Assembly: GCF_036321535.1 (NCBI RefSeq)
Contig: NC_087436.1
Coordinates: 74,526,001-74,590,000 of the forward strand
DNA length: 64,000 bases
Direction: 5' to 3'
Source of the DNA: Camelus dromedarius
Taxonomy: Eukaryota
A program made the translations under genes and the position numbers. The notes under the pieces are model-generated. The model was not told the DNA's origin. It saw only the letters and a list, made by a program, of their open reading frames with translations, and made no database searches. This document shows, one piece after another, positions 1-12,739 of this stretch; the stretch's first letter is position 1, and each line of letters begins with the position of its first letter.

Positions 1-275
1 TCACCCTTCCCATGGGCTAGACTATGAATATGGTTTTGGTGAACCAGCTTAGATCACAGCAGGTGAGATAACAATCAGAAGTTGATGGAGCAAGAAGCAG
101 CAATGAAGGACCATGGATCCCTGGATGATCTCAAGAAGCATATCTGCCAGTCTCTCTGGACTGCTCACCACCACCTCCTGGACTATTTCATAAGAGAGAA
201 ATGAGTATCTTTTTTGGGCCACTGAGTTTTGGAGTATCTCTATTACAGCAACTTAGCCTATATTCAAACAAATAC
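1..275. mobile_element. MaLR LTR fragment (MLT1-like)
   Basis: Ends with a typical MLT1 3' terminus (agagagaaat...gccactg...ttacagcaacttagcctatattcaaacaaataca). Confidence 0.65.
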
Positions 276-1199
276 ATCAATTAAAAAAACTGCATAGCTT
301 ATGATATTTGGCAGTGAAGGACATGAATCCAATTGTCCTGAATCCCAAGGCTATGTTTTTCACTGTGGATGAATAAAGAGGCAGCTTTGCAATGGCTAAT
401 TCTGTTATAACAGAATATAATAGGGTGTAACAATGTTACATATATTATAACAGATTATAATAATGAAGCATGGAGCATAACCTGCCAAAATTTGTTATAC
501 CAACCAACCAATATCCACTTCTGTTTATCCAAGTGGAACTAAATGAAACAGATAGAAGTATAGTGCCAGTGAATTTTGAAATCTTACGTTGGAAAGAGAG
601 AATTAATGGCAAAGCAATCTGAACTTGAAAAAAAGTAGCAAAAGGAGATGAATGCAATCCAATAGATATTGATAGATGAGGTAGCAAGGAACTTATGACT
701 GAAATAAGAAAGTTTTATCTCATTCAAAAGGAACAAGTTTACAAGAAGAATGATGAGGGTGCAATGTAACCCCATGCACTAGAGAATTATTCAGCTGGTG
801 GACATTGTTGATGGTAGAATGATGGGGAGCAAATGGGCTGAGATAAAATGTGAGAATATAGAAGTGATATTGCTGTCAGAGTATACAGGTATGTATGTAT
901 AATTCTATTCCAACTTAGAGGCAATGTATCTAGTAGTTGAAGGGACTTCAACTACATACATTTTCTACATACAACTACATACATAGAAAAAGGTATTGTG
1001 GTATAGCCAGATACCACAATAACTGGCTATGGCAAGAAAGGAATTATCTGAGAATTAGAGATGCCAGTATTATGGGAACTGACTCAGCTCCAGGGCTGGC
1101 TGCCAAGGAGAGTGACCATCAGGCCAAGTCATCTTACTCCAGGGAGAATGTCACTTCACAGGATGCTCCTTAATGAGATCAGATTTTAAAAAGAGCATG

Positions 1200-1850
1200 T
1201 ATTAAAGAGTAGCACAAGCCTACAAGGATTGATACTTTCTTGTAGGTTTAGATAATTTTTGCTTTTACAAATAATACCACGAAATTTTCAAAATGTATTG
1301 CTTGTCAAGTAAGACTTGCCACAAGAGGATGAAAAGAAAGGATGAAAGTCACCATGTGGTACTGATGATATGCTATCAGATGGCAAAGAAAAGTCAAACC
1401 TCCTTAACTTTTATTTGTCTCCTCTCTCAAAGAGAGTAATCTTTTAAAAATTAAAAATGTAGTGTAAACATGATTAAAAGGCTACTGAAATCCAATGTGG
1501 TAAATGAACAACCGATTGTTTTAAGTGAGTTAAACTTTCTAGGACTAAAATGAATTATCCATGAAAGACTTTGTGTAAGTGATTGTAGAATCAATATTAG
1601 CCAGCTTTGGGAAACCAGAGAAAAATAAGAAATGCCAAAGATTGAAGAAGGGCAAATATTATCCTGATTTTCAAATAGAATAAAAAGTATCATGAGCAGG
1701 GTAGAGTTTGAGAATTATTGGTAAATTTAACATTGGCTAGAATGAGTTTTTAAACAACTGTTTTAACAACAGGGAAAGAAGGAGATTGAGTTTATGAGTG
1801 ACAATTTTGATTTTTTTTTCATTTCCATATATATCAAAGTCTTAGTGGAA
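1200..1850 (+). mobile_element. Ancient CR1/L3 LINE fragment
   Basis: gattgaagaagggcaaatattatcctgattttcaaa (~1640-1675) resembles the CR1 RT 'W-R-R-A-N-V-x-P-I-F-K' motif. Degenerate; boundaries approximate. Confidence 0.5.
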
Positions 1851-1924
1851 AAAAATTACTGCAGATGTTTCAAATGAAAAAAGAATCTTACATAAAGGGA
1901 TTACTTTAGAACTGTAAACACTTG

Positions 1925-2081
1925 TTAGTCTGGAATTATCAGCTGATCAGCAATATGAGCATCACCTGGGAGCTTGATGGAACTAAAGACTATCAGGTGC
2001 CACCCAAGACCTACTGATTTTAGAATTTGCATTTTAACAGGGTTCTCAGGTGATTTGTATGTACTAAAATTTGAGAAGCAA
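1925..2081. mobile_element. MER5A-like hAT-Charlie element
   Basis: gcatcacctgggagcttg...agacctactga...gaatttgcattttaaca...caggtgatt...tttgagaagca matches the recalled MER5A consensus. Confidence 0.8.
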
Positions 2082-2849
2082 TAAAGTAGAATAAATAAGG
2101 AATGGCAAGTCCCTGAAAGACTAATAATGTTAAGTTGTTACCACTCCTAGGACTGAAGGAACAAAGGGAGGAAATTGTGAGACTGGAATTGGTGAATATA
2201 TTTAAAAAACTACTGAATTGTGTACTTTAAATTGGTAAATTGTATGGTATGTGAATTATGTTTCCAGCATTTGTGATGAGAATAAACTAACCTACCAACA
2301 AAGGTAAGGAGTTCACATTCTAATCAGATATTTTCAACATAAGCATTTGCCAGCAAAATAAGTAAACAAAATTAAAAACAATCAACAAAATCCTGCAGTG
2401 TGGTATGGTCAACAAAACACAAGGTGGAGAGTTGGTTTGAAATTGCCCTTACATCCGGTTGGCAGCCTGCGGAGCTGTCTTTTCATAGCGTTTACCTAAG
2501 ACCTCTTGTCCATGGGCAGTGCCGCTGTCTAATCTTCCCTCTGGGACAAGGAGCAAAGTATCTATACACAGAAAGCGGCAGAGAGAAGCATTTCTTCCCC
2601 CTCCCTTTGCCTAGCATCCATACAAGTCGTAATCCTAACACAACACTTACAGCGTGCCCAAAATATGCTCGATATAAAATGGTGGTCCTTGTCTTCAGAA
2701 GATTTGAAGTCTGGGGGTAGAAACTGATCAGAACTGAAGAGGTTAGTGTTCTGCCGGTCTGGGCCCGCCCACAGACTGAAGAGTCCCCCATTCAGAGATC
2801 CTCATCTTTCATGGAGACTTTCATTCCTGGCTGTCCCACCAGCGTCCAG

Positions 2850-5610
2850 CCGGTCGAATTTAGCCTCTCGACCCGTCCGGGGACAAGCCAGTGTCTGCCT
2901 CTCAGCACTGGGACGCGCGCTCGGAGCCCACTCATCCATAGCCAAAGGCTGAGAGGCGCGTTTGAATCCTGGGGCCCATCGTGGGCAGATATCGCGGGAA
3001 AGGCAGAGGCAATGCCCGGAGAAACCTGGGTGCTTCAGGTCTCAGGTCAGACTCTGAGGCGCCCCAGTCTAAAGAGGTGGTTTGTCTTTCACCTAATTGA
3101 ATAGGCCGGGTTTTCCCTGAGGGCGCAATCCCGTGGGCTGATCACAGCCCTTCATCGCCACCCCACATTTTCCTTACGCTTGGATCCAGTTGGTTCCCTG
3201 CCCTCAACAGACGCTACGCTCAATCACCTGTCGCCGTGGCCCCCTTCCCCTGCCCCGTGAGAGGCTGGGGGAACCTACAGCACCTCCGGCACGCCTCACC
3301 GCCCAGACCTTGCACCGGTACCGCGCTACCGGGACGCACCAGGACCCTGCCATTAGCCCGACATCCAGACACGCAGGAACGCCCCAACATCTGCTGGAAA
3401 AATCCTTCCCCATCATAAAGCAATTTCTCAGTCCCACGCGCTCGGAGTCGCACCGACTCCAGGGTCACCCGCCTGGCGCCGTCGCCGCGCCCTCCAGCCG
3501 CAGCCCCGCGCGCCTGCCTCCGGGTCGTCGGGTCTCCAGCGATCAAAAAAGTCGGCTGAGCTCTCACGTGTGCCCAGCTCTCTCGTTACACCCGGGGGAG
3601 GCCTCGGCCCCCACGCTCTAGGGCAGTCAACAGCTGCTTTAATTCTCCAGCGGAGGCGTCCTTTTCTTTCTCTCCAGCAGGCGGTTAGCCGTCTGCGGCA
3701 GCAACTACTACGGCCTCTTCCTATCTGCTCTGGTCGCCTACCCGGCCGCACGCTACAGTGACAGCTTCCAGCTGCCGGCCTTTTAGTCTCTCCCTTAGGA
3801 AGAGACCTGTGGAGGGGCAACTCTTCCCTTGGCGGGGACCTGCCCAGCCCCACCTCGGTCGCCTACCGCTCTCCCTAGCGGCCCGCACCCCTTCCAAGCC
3901 AGTTCCTCCGGGTTGGGCGTGCTTGCCTGGGGCTAACTTTCCGCGAGATGCTGTCCCCGTGGACCTGTCTCGCCCAAGTGTCCCATCTCTCCTCAGCCGC
4001 TCCAGCCACGCGCTTGGCGAAACGCGTGGCGGGACTCGAGACGGGGACCTCCGCGCCCAGGCTTTTACTCGGACTCCAGCATGTGATGGAAGGGGGGGTG
4101 GCGGCCGGAGCACAGGCTGGGGGCATCTCGGTGGCACCCAAGAAGGTCATTTTGGGGCTGGCTGCTATATTCGGGGAGGGCGAGCCCTACGACCCTAGCC
4201 GGCTGACCCGTGCAGAAGGCTGGCCCACCATCCTCCCTCCCACCGCCTCAGCCCGGGTGCGCAGGCTCACACCCCTTCCTGGGGAAGCAAATGGTCCCTT
4301 CCAGGCGGGTGGCCATGTTGCTCTAATAAAGCGGGAGGGGCGGCGGCGTGGGGGGAGCAGATGCCGCTGGTGGCGCGCGGGAGCCGGGCGCTAGCAGAGC
4401 GCAGCCGCAAGGGAGGCGCGGGGGAGGCGAGCCGGAGCCGGAGCCCAAGCAGCAGCCAGTGTTGGCAGACAGCACCCAGGCGCAGCTGGAGCCGCAGCCG
4501 CGATGGCCGTGGCCGTTGGGAGACCGTCTGTGAGTGCTGGGGCCTCGCAATCCCCGTCCGCTGCGCCTTTGGCGCCGGGGTGAGGTGGGGTGGGGGTCCC
4601 TGCTTTCGGGAGGGTGCTAGCGGGGAATACTGGGAGCCGGGGCGGGGGCTGTGTACGGCGGCGGCTGCGGCGGCGGCTGTGGGTGTGTGCATGAATTTGG
4701 GCGCGCGTCTGGGGCTGAGGGGAGGGCGAGGAGCCCAGAGGTTCGGTTACTACGTGATGCAACAGTGTATCCTCTCGATTCCGGGGATGTGGGAGAAGAA
4801 GGACCCTTTTCCTGTTTTTTCTTTTAAAGGATCCTTTTAGCCACGGTTGTTTCTTGGCTGCCTCCCTCTCCCAGCGCACACCTTTTCCCTCGTGACAGTG
4901 GAGAAAGGCGCCGGGTGCGGAGGTTTCCTCCCGGCTCCCCCGCGCCGAGTGGCGACCAGGGCGTGGGAATCGTTAGCCCAAGCACTTGTGTCACACGGTT
5001 GTAGAAGCAGGTCAGAAATAAAGGGATGGGATGACCGTGGTGGCTTCCTCAGCTTATTGTGAGATCCCGGACACCCTCAGGCACCCACGTCGGTGACCGG
5101 GCCCTGCCCAGGATGTGGACAAAAGCCCTAGACACACACACACAAAGTTTTCAAAGGGCCCCCTTGTCAGGGTGGGTAGAAGTCTTAAAATGCTCTGCGG
5201 TTGGAAGGCCCGGGGCGGAGGGCCGGGGATGCAAGGAAGAGGAAGGGAGGGCGGTGCGTGGAGAATCGGGTGCCACCGGCCTGGGGCGAAGGAGCGAGGG
5301 ATGGAGGCGGGGTGATGCTCCGGCCCCGAGTTTGCGGGCCTGGCCAGGGCAGCGCCTCTGAGGGTGCAAGGCTCAGTCCGCGACCCGACCGCGTCCGAGG
5401 GCAGCGGGACTTCCAGGGTGCGGTTTCAGTCCTGGCTCCGCATCCCCGGGTGATAGGCGGAGGGAAGGGGCGGCGGCAGCCTTTCCTTTTTACTGAAAGG
5501 AGCAGAGCCGGGTGGGAAAGGCGGAGTTCTCTTCTTTCTCTTTCCGCTTTTCTTTGTCGCTGCTCAGAGTCCACTTTCGCCCCACGGGCTTTGTGGGCGC
5601 CTCGAACGAG
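2850..5610. promoter_or_regulatory. CpG island / SEPTIN11 promoter, 5' UTR and start of intron 1
   Basis: Abrupt GC- and CpG-rich stretch against CpG-depleted flanks, surrounding exon 1. GC box (ggggcgg, ~4337) and AT-rich TAATAAA at 4324-4330. Confidence 0.9.
4503..4529 (+). CDS. SEPTIN11: Septin-11 coding exon 1 (MAVAVGRPS)
   Basis: ATG at 4503 in strong Kozak context (gcgATGg), 9 codons, then donor TCT|gtgagt at 4530. Peptide matches the recalled SEPT11 N-terminus. Phase 0 into exon 2. Confidence 0.96.
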
Positions 5611-7779
5611 GTTCTTTCCGCTCTAACACCTCCTTTTCCTTTTATCTTCTCCTTCCCACAACTGTGTGGCTGCAGGTGGTGGCTTGAGACATTTTGCAGG
5701 TACAGACGAAAGTCTTAACGGAGATTCTGGAAGCCCAGAAATGCAAAATGCAAGACTGTGCTCTCAGAACCCCCAACTTTTCTCCCAGCTCCTCCCCCAG
5801 ATACACTCGCTTTTTACACCGGTCCCACAGTATTTCTCAGGGCCTCTCTGCATGTTCTAACCAGGTTTGGTGGTTCAGCTGCCGAAGTGCTTTCAAAGAC
5901 GTTCTCTACCGCCAGAAAATGTGCCGCGGTCATGTTGAAGTGTAACTGTGGGTCTTCTAGTCATTTTAAACTTGAATATTTAATGACGTACTCTTAAGAA
6001 TTCACGTCTCCTCTTGGTGATTAGTGGTCATAGATTGTTGTTACTGAGGGAATTTGCATAGTCTCTGGAGTTATCCCTTTATTTTTCTGGTGAGGAAACT
6101 GAGGTTCAGAGAGGTCAAGTTTACAAGTTTATATGGTTACATTACTCCCCCTCCCCCTTCCCCAACACACACACAAGCACACTTATATCCAGATACTGAT
6201 TCAAATAACTAAAATAACAATATCTGCTTTAAATAATTGGAGAGTGGCTAGGAATGCAAATGTTCTGGGGGAGAGTTGTCTTTTTCAATAACACTTGTCG
6301 TTGGTGCATTCTTGATGCATGGGGGAGGTAGAAGAAATAATTTGCTGCACATTTTCTATAAATTAGTTAGTTCATATATGTCAGTTAAATAGGAACAGTA
6401 TGTGAATTTAAGATTTAGTTGTGTGGCCATAATCATATCCAACACCAGGTCTGCCAACCAGATGTGAGCTTAGTCCCACAGAATTTTTGTGTCTAAGACC
6501 TCTCTCATTCAAAAAATAGAGGAGACTTTTACAAAGTGAATGTGTAAGGAGGAGATAACTGCTTTCTCTGCACATTCCCCCTTGTCACTAAAATTAAGAT
6601 TAAATTACTTACAGTTTGAAAACAGGAGACTTTTTTTTTTAAGAAGAAGCTGTGGTAGGGCGATCAGGAGTTGATTACAAAGTTAAAAAGTCTTTTCATA
6701 CAGTTTCCAAGGAATTGTTCAACTGTTTCACTTTGTTCATTCAGTTAATATTTGAAGTGTAGTGTTTGCAGTTATGTCTTTAAAACAACCGCAGTGAATG
6801 CAGAAGATTCTCCAAACCTAGCCCCAAAGTCTCCACACTGACTCCTTCATGGTAGAATTTGCTGCTCCTCCTTTTCCCTGTATGATTTCAACAAAAGAAG
6901 AGTGTGTTGAGAGAAAAGAATCACTCCAGAGTTGATTTATGTGTGAAAAGTTTCCCTAGTTACTCCTTTGGAATTAGATTTTTTCCCTATAAACTGCCTC
7001 TCCTGTTCAGATTGAAGAAAAGTTCAGTCAGAATAACTTGCCCTCCACATTAGGCAGACATTCTTGAACTTGAACATCTTAGTGTGACATCCTAGGTAAA
7101 TACGACGTTAGTTATTTGATATTATCCTTATATATCAAATGCAGTATTTTCTAGCTTATGGCATGGTTATATTCAGTTATAACCATTTTAGCTTCAAGGC
7201 TAAATTCAGACGTTTCTTAAATGGATTTGTTGTTGGCTGGGAAACAGAAGCTTCAGTTTAGTGTCGTACTGTTTATTTCCATTTTAATCTTGACCCCTAG
7301 CTTCTCCATTTTCCCAGGAATGGTTTTAAATCTTGGCTCTGAGAAGACCCTGAAGCACATCTGCTCTTTCCAGAGTGTCTGATGACTAGCAAGAGCCTTT
7401 CTCCCCTAGGGATGTGTCCACATTTTGGATGAGTTAGTATTTAGGCATCCAAGTCCCAGGGCAGCTATTATCTTTATTTTAATCAGAGCGTGGTAATTTA
7501 CTCTACCTGGGAACAGGCTTTAGGCGGCTGAAACACTCTCTTAAGGAGTGGTGTTCATGAGGTTATAGGGTCTAGGAGTTCAAAGGGACTTTAGAGGTCA
7601 TTTGGGTCAGCCTCCTCCCCAGCGCAGAAAGAAATATTTCCCACTTTATCCCTAACAGAAGGTCTGTGTTCAACCTTTTCCAGTGGTGGAGATTCCCCTA
7701 TGATACTGTTCAAGAAACAAGTTTAATTGTCCTTTTATCTGTTGTGCCAAAAGGAATGGCAAATCAAGTTCAGTCGAGC

Positions 7780-7890
7780 TCATTTAACACTCTTTATTGA
7801 CACCTCCTGTGTGCCTAGGTACTGTTCTTGGTGTCAGGGACACAGTAGTGGACAACACAGAACTCCTTCTTACCTGGAGCTTTTATTGTC
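7780..7890 (-). mobile_element. L2 3' fragment
   Basis: catttaacactctttattgacacctcctgtgtgcctaggtactgttct is the reverse complement of the L2 tail. Confidence 0.6.
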
Positions 7891-10295
7891 TGAGAGATTT
7901 AGTGTCCGTATGTATCACAGTGACAAATTTCGGCGGAGTATGTAAGCCATTTAGGGAGAAAGGAAGTTATGTGCCTATTGCTGACTCAATGGTTATGATG
8001 CAGGTAAAGGATCCTATCTGTTTGAGGATCATTACAGGCAGTTCCTAAAGAACTGTCTAAAGTCTATCTTCAGCAGGAAGGAGAGTGGGGACTGACAATG
8101 AAGTGTTATTTTCCCTTGTTATAAAATTGCCATTTCTGTGACTTGAGGATATGGCCCCCACATGGAGGCCTCTGGCTGCTGGACCCGGAGAAAGATTAAT
8201 GGAGCTGAAAAATGTCCAGAGAATGGCTCTCTCAGTGATAAAGGGCTGCCATCCAGGGGGCGGTTTTTAAAAATTAAAACTCTTTAGTCAGTGATATAAA
8301 TTATACACATTGAGGCTCTATAAGCAGTTATTAAGGAATGCAAGAAGTGTTTGAGGTGCAGTAATTCCTCCTTTTTAAATCTTTTGAGAGCTGTAGATTT
8401 TTTTTTATCTTTTAGAATACCTTCTTTAAAAATGATGTGTCTACATCACAATGAAAAGTTGACCCAAGGAATTGATTAAAAGACTAAAACTAGCTATATC
8501 CCACCACCCTGATATGACAGTTCTTAGACTGGTAGTTATTTTCATCCAGCAAGCATAATCCATCTCATATAAACTGCTACTAAGAAACCAAACTGTGTGC
8601 CTGGGTGGACCCTGTCTGACTACTTGGACATTCATACAATGGAGGGAACAGAAGCTTAGTGCTTTCACAGGGGCTACCCTATGTCTGTGTGCAGACAAAG
8701 GAATGCGTGATTTGGGTGGCCTGTTTTGACTGATTACCGAAAGACTCAGTGCTTATCCTTACTGGTGATGCCACAGCTGAGAAGGATCTTCAGGTTTAGA
8801 CTCCCTGTGGGGCAGGCTATAATCAGAGTTCTCTGTGCCTGTGTTTCTCTTTCTAGAACCTTAAACTTGGCTGGGGGGGAGTGTGGGGGTTGGAGCTACT
8901 CTTGGATTTTATCATTTATTGGGAACTGTCTTTCACAGACTGTCTTAACCAGGGTCAGCGAAGCTGAACCATTATCTAAACAAAGACCCGGTAGATCTAA
9001 AGCTTCTATCCTTTTTCCCAAGGAGAACTACTTTGCAATATAATTGATATCCTCTTTGTTTTGTTTTTTTAGCTTGTGTGTTTTAATCCAGAGTGACAGA
9101 AAACTCCTTCCAGCTGGACAATACCTCTCCTACCCACTCAGGCCCGCTGGCAGCCTGTCAGCGTGGCTGCTGTTGAACAAAAAAACAAGACTTGGGCTGA
9201 GGTGAAAAAGACAGGGTTCTAAAAAGAATTTGCTGGTGATCTAAAAATCAAATTTGTGTTGTCTCAGGCCTGGCCCGAGGTAGACATCAGGAGTCTGTTT
9301 CCTGAGGGGACCAGAGCTAAGGCACGAGAGCCACCTGTTCAGGATCCGTGCCGGTGACTGTGAGCGCATCACTCAAGTCGAAGGATGCAGGAAGAGAGCT
9401 GGGTGGGTGCATTCTGTCCACCTGCTGAGCTAGGACCAAGTGGCACAGAGTGTGATGTGTTGATGGAGGGGCAGACTAGGGTGGAGAGGTGGGCAATGCT
9501 CCAAAAGAACTTCTTTGGTATCCGACAAGTTTTCTGCCCCTTTTTTTTTTTAAACACTTTAAAAATTGTTGTGAAAATATACATAACGTAAGCTGTGCCT
9601 GTTTTTAATAATTAAACACTCCTTTGAGAAGAATTTGTGATTTTCTTACTTTCTAATTTGTTTCTTGTAGAAGCAGAATCGCAGTATGGGTAGGCTAGAC
9701 ATTGACAAACAAAACAACCCTCGCACCCTAACATGTCAGTAGTCATTCTTAGCTTCCTAATCCATCTGCTTTATCAGCTATTTCTTGCATACTTTCCTTG
9801 TGCAGGTGCTGAGGTTATGATGTGAGTACTTGAGATGCTGTCCCCACTGTTCTCATCAATTTTTTCTGAAGGATGAGTAAGCACTAGGACTTAGCAAGGA
9901 AAGAGAAGTGGGGCAGCAGCTGGGGGAAAAGTCTTCCAGGCCAAGGGAACAGCATGTGCAGAGCTCTGAGGTGAGGCAAGCCCCTTAAGGAAACCCAGTT
10001 TGGGACTGGGACATCAGCACTCAGGGTGGGGTTGAGTGGACAGACATGAAGCTGGGAAGGTGGGAAGAGACTAGATCACTCAGTGCATTCTTCAAGACGT
10101 GTGAGTACTTACTACACAGCTCTTAGAATATTTTACATGCTGTCCACCCTGACCCACAACTTAGGATATCCCAGATTCTTGGACTTGGTTGATGGAAGAC
10201 ACTGAAAATCTTCAGAGCTTACCTAATCTGATAGTGGGAGAGCTAGGCTTTAGAACCAATGGCTCTTAGATCAACATATGTACAGACCTACCATT

Positions 10296-10728
10296 TGTAT
10301 GGGTCAGTTAGACTAAATTATGTTGAAGTATCAAATTGGTCCCCAGATTTGGTGGCTTACGCAGCAAAGGTTTACTTCTCACTCAGGGTCCTTGTCTGCT
10401 CCGTCCTCTGAGATCTGCTCCATGCTGAGTTGACCCTAGGACCCAAGCTGAGGGAACATCCTGTCTTCTCTCTGGACTTTGCTAGTCTGGTGGCAGCAGG
10501 AAAAAGAGGCATGCTGAACCCTGAAGTGACTTTTCAAGCTCTTGGATGGGTCACTCCCACATGGGCTTCACTGGCCAAAATACATGGTCACTTCTGAATT
10601 CAACAGATGGATAATCCTCCTGCAGAGAGTGGCTCTGTGGGTCACTTGGCCAAGCTTGATAGATGGGGAAGTAAACCATCCCCTAGGAAGGGGCAGTGAC
10701 TGTGTTGAATAGTTAAGAGTTCACCATA
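10296..10728. mobile_element. MLT1-like LTR
   Basis: ggtggcttacgcagcaaaggtttacttctcactca...cactggccaaaatacatggtcac is typical of old MLT1 LTRs. Confidence 0.6.
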
Positions 10729-11204
10729 CCTTCGTAGTCAGGGAATCTGCTATAGAGCCAAGGGCCTTTATTATTTTATAAAATTGTCCCCGTGTGTAAT
10801 GGTTTTTCTCTGTCTGTCCTACTCTGATTCCAACTGGACATGGTAGGATGAAGAGAGAGGGAGACAGTGCGTGTGTGTTAAGCAGCCAGAATGAATCGAA
10901 GGCAAGGGTGTGACGATTCCTGTTCTTTCACAATGAGCATCCGATAGCATCGTCACCAGATAGGGATGGGGGGTGACCTTCTGAAAGACCTTCCGTGCTG
11001 CTCTCTGGAGGCTTCAGCTCTGGCACTGTACTCTTTGGGAAATGGTTTTGAGGCCATTAGGACTTCGAGCTGCTTGATAGAATGATTTCCCTTAGGATGC
11101 TTCCAAATCAGTCCTTGCACAGCCCGTCTGTTCCTAAATGCAGAAGCGTCTATGACACCCTTCTTTTCTATGCTTTGTTTTCTCTCTGCTGAGGGGTAGT
11201 GGTG

Positions 11205-11369
11205 CAGTCGTCAGTCAGTATCCACAGGGATTGGTTCCAGGATCCCTGTGGATACCAAAATCTGCAGATGCTCAAGTCCCTTGTATAAAATGGCCTAGTA
11301 TAGTTGGCCCTCCACAGTCCAGTTCAATCAGCTGCTGATGTGGTCCCCACAGACAGGGGTGGAGGACTG
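11205..11369. mobile_element. MER2-like Tigger non-autonomous element
   Basis: cagtcg...gggattggttccagga...ggataccaaaatctgcagatgctcaagtccc...ggactg followed by TA. Confidence 0.8.
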
Positions 11370-11374
11370 TATGT

Positions 11375-11575
11375 AGTAGCATTGTGATTGAGGGTGTGGG
11401 CACTGGAGCCAGACTGCTGAGGTTCTAAGGTATCAGCTCTGCCATTGAACATTTGTGATCTTGAGTGAGTGACTTGCCTTGTGTACCTCACATGCCTCAT
11501 TTGTCAAATAATTACAGTATCTTCCTCGAAGGTTTACAGGGTTAAATGCGTTAGTACGCCAGGTGCTTACAATGA
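11375..11575 (+). mobile_element. MIR SINE
   Basis: ctggagccagactg...ctctgcca...gtgacttg...cctcatttgtcaaa MIR core. Confidence 0.75.
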
Positions 11576-12010
11576 TGTAGAAAATAATTGTCCTCGATAA
11601 AAGGGACACGAATACTAAAGTGGTGACGGCTTTATACTGAAGACTGGGCTCTCACCAGAACTGCCACCCCCACCCAGCGGGAGGGGAGCGTTTGCCCCCT
11701 CCTCTCCCTCTCACACACACCCGAAATACACACTCCTCCCTTTTCTCTAGTCAGGGCACACCTTTGGGGCACCGATCAAATCCTCCTTGAACGCTCCACT
11801 TGCCAGCCCAGGTTTTGGTAACTTTTCTCTTTGAATTTCTATAGCAGTGATGCCTATGACACTTACGTGCCACCCACATATGTTCTGGTCCCCACCCCCT
11901 GCCACCTCCACCTTTTCTTTAAGTTACTTTTTTTTAAGAAAGAAGAATGATCAAATATAGTTGTGAACACTTTAAAAAAAAAACCCTTATTATCATAAGC
12001 AGTATGTTCT

Positions 12011-12155
12011 TTTTTTTAACTGAAGTACAGTCAATTACAATGTGTCAATTTCTGACATACAGCACAATGTCCCAGTGATACATATACGTACATATATCCA
12101 TTTTCATATTCTTTTTCATTAAAGGTTGTTACAAGATATTGAACAGAGTTTCCTG
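12011..12155 (-). mobile_element. 5'-truncated L1 3' end with TSD
   Basis: Poly-T followed by aactgaagtacagtcaattacaatg. 15-bp TSD taagcagtatgttct (11996-12010) / taagcagtaagttct (12156-12170). Confidence 0.85.
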
Positions 12156-12620
12156 TAAGCAGTAAGTTCTGATAGCTTTGACCACATTCCTGCATTCTTA
12201 GCCATGTTTCCAGAATTAAAGGAAGGGACTGCACCCCTCCCCCACTGACATTTGACTGGAGGAGGGAAAACTGGTCCTTTGGATCAGTTGGATGAGATTC
12301 ATGCCCGCCCACCTCCTCTCAGTCCACCTGTTTATTCCAGCTGTGCTGTGCTAACCTCTGGCAGGCACAGACCTCATCTCTCCTGCTTTCTTTCCGAGGC
12401 TTCTCTGCTGTAGCTGCTTGGGTTCTGCTTAACTATTCTAACAAATGTATATATCTGCATCTCCAAGGGACTTATTCCAAGGGCCCACTATTGACTGTTG
12501 GGAGATGGTAGCTGGTGGATAATATTTCTCTTTTTTATCACTAAATTGGACAATTCTGAGGCACAATCAGTATGGCTCCTCGGAGGGTCCACATGAACCC
12601 CAGCCCACAGGGATGATTAG

Positions 12621-12657
12621 CTCTCTCTCCCTCTCCCTCTCTCCCTCTCTCCCTCTC

Positions 12658-12727
<70 letters not shown>

Positions 12728-12739
12728 CACACACACACA
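12621..12739. repeat. Compound microsatellite (CT)n then (CA)n
   Basis: About 105 bp of CT/CCCT repeats directly followed by a short CA run. Confidence 0.97.

Noticed and set aside
2400..5997. Dense overlapping ORFs on both strands
   Set aside because: Expected from stop-codon scarcity in a CpG island; no recognisable domains. Only the 4503 exon and the 4361 uATG were kept.
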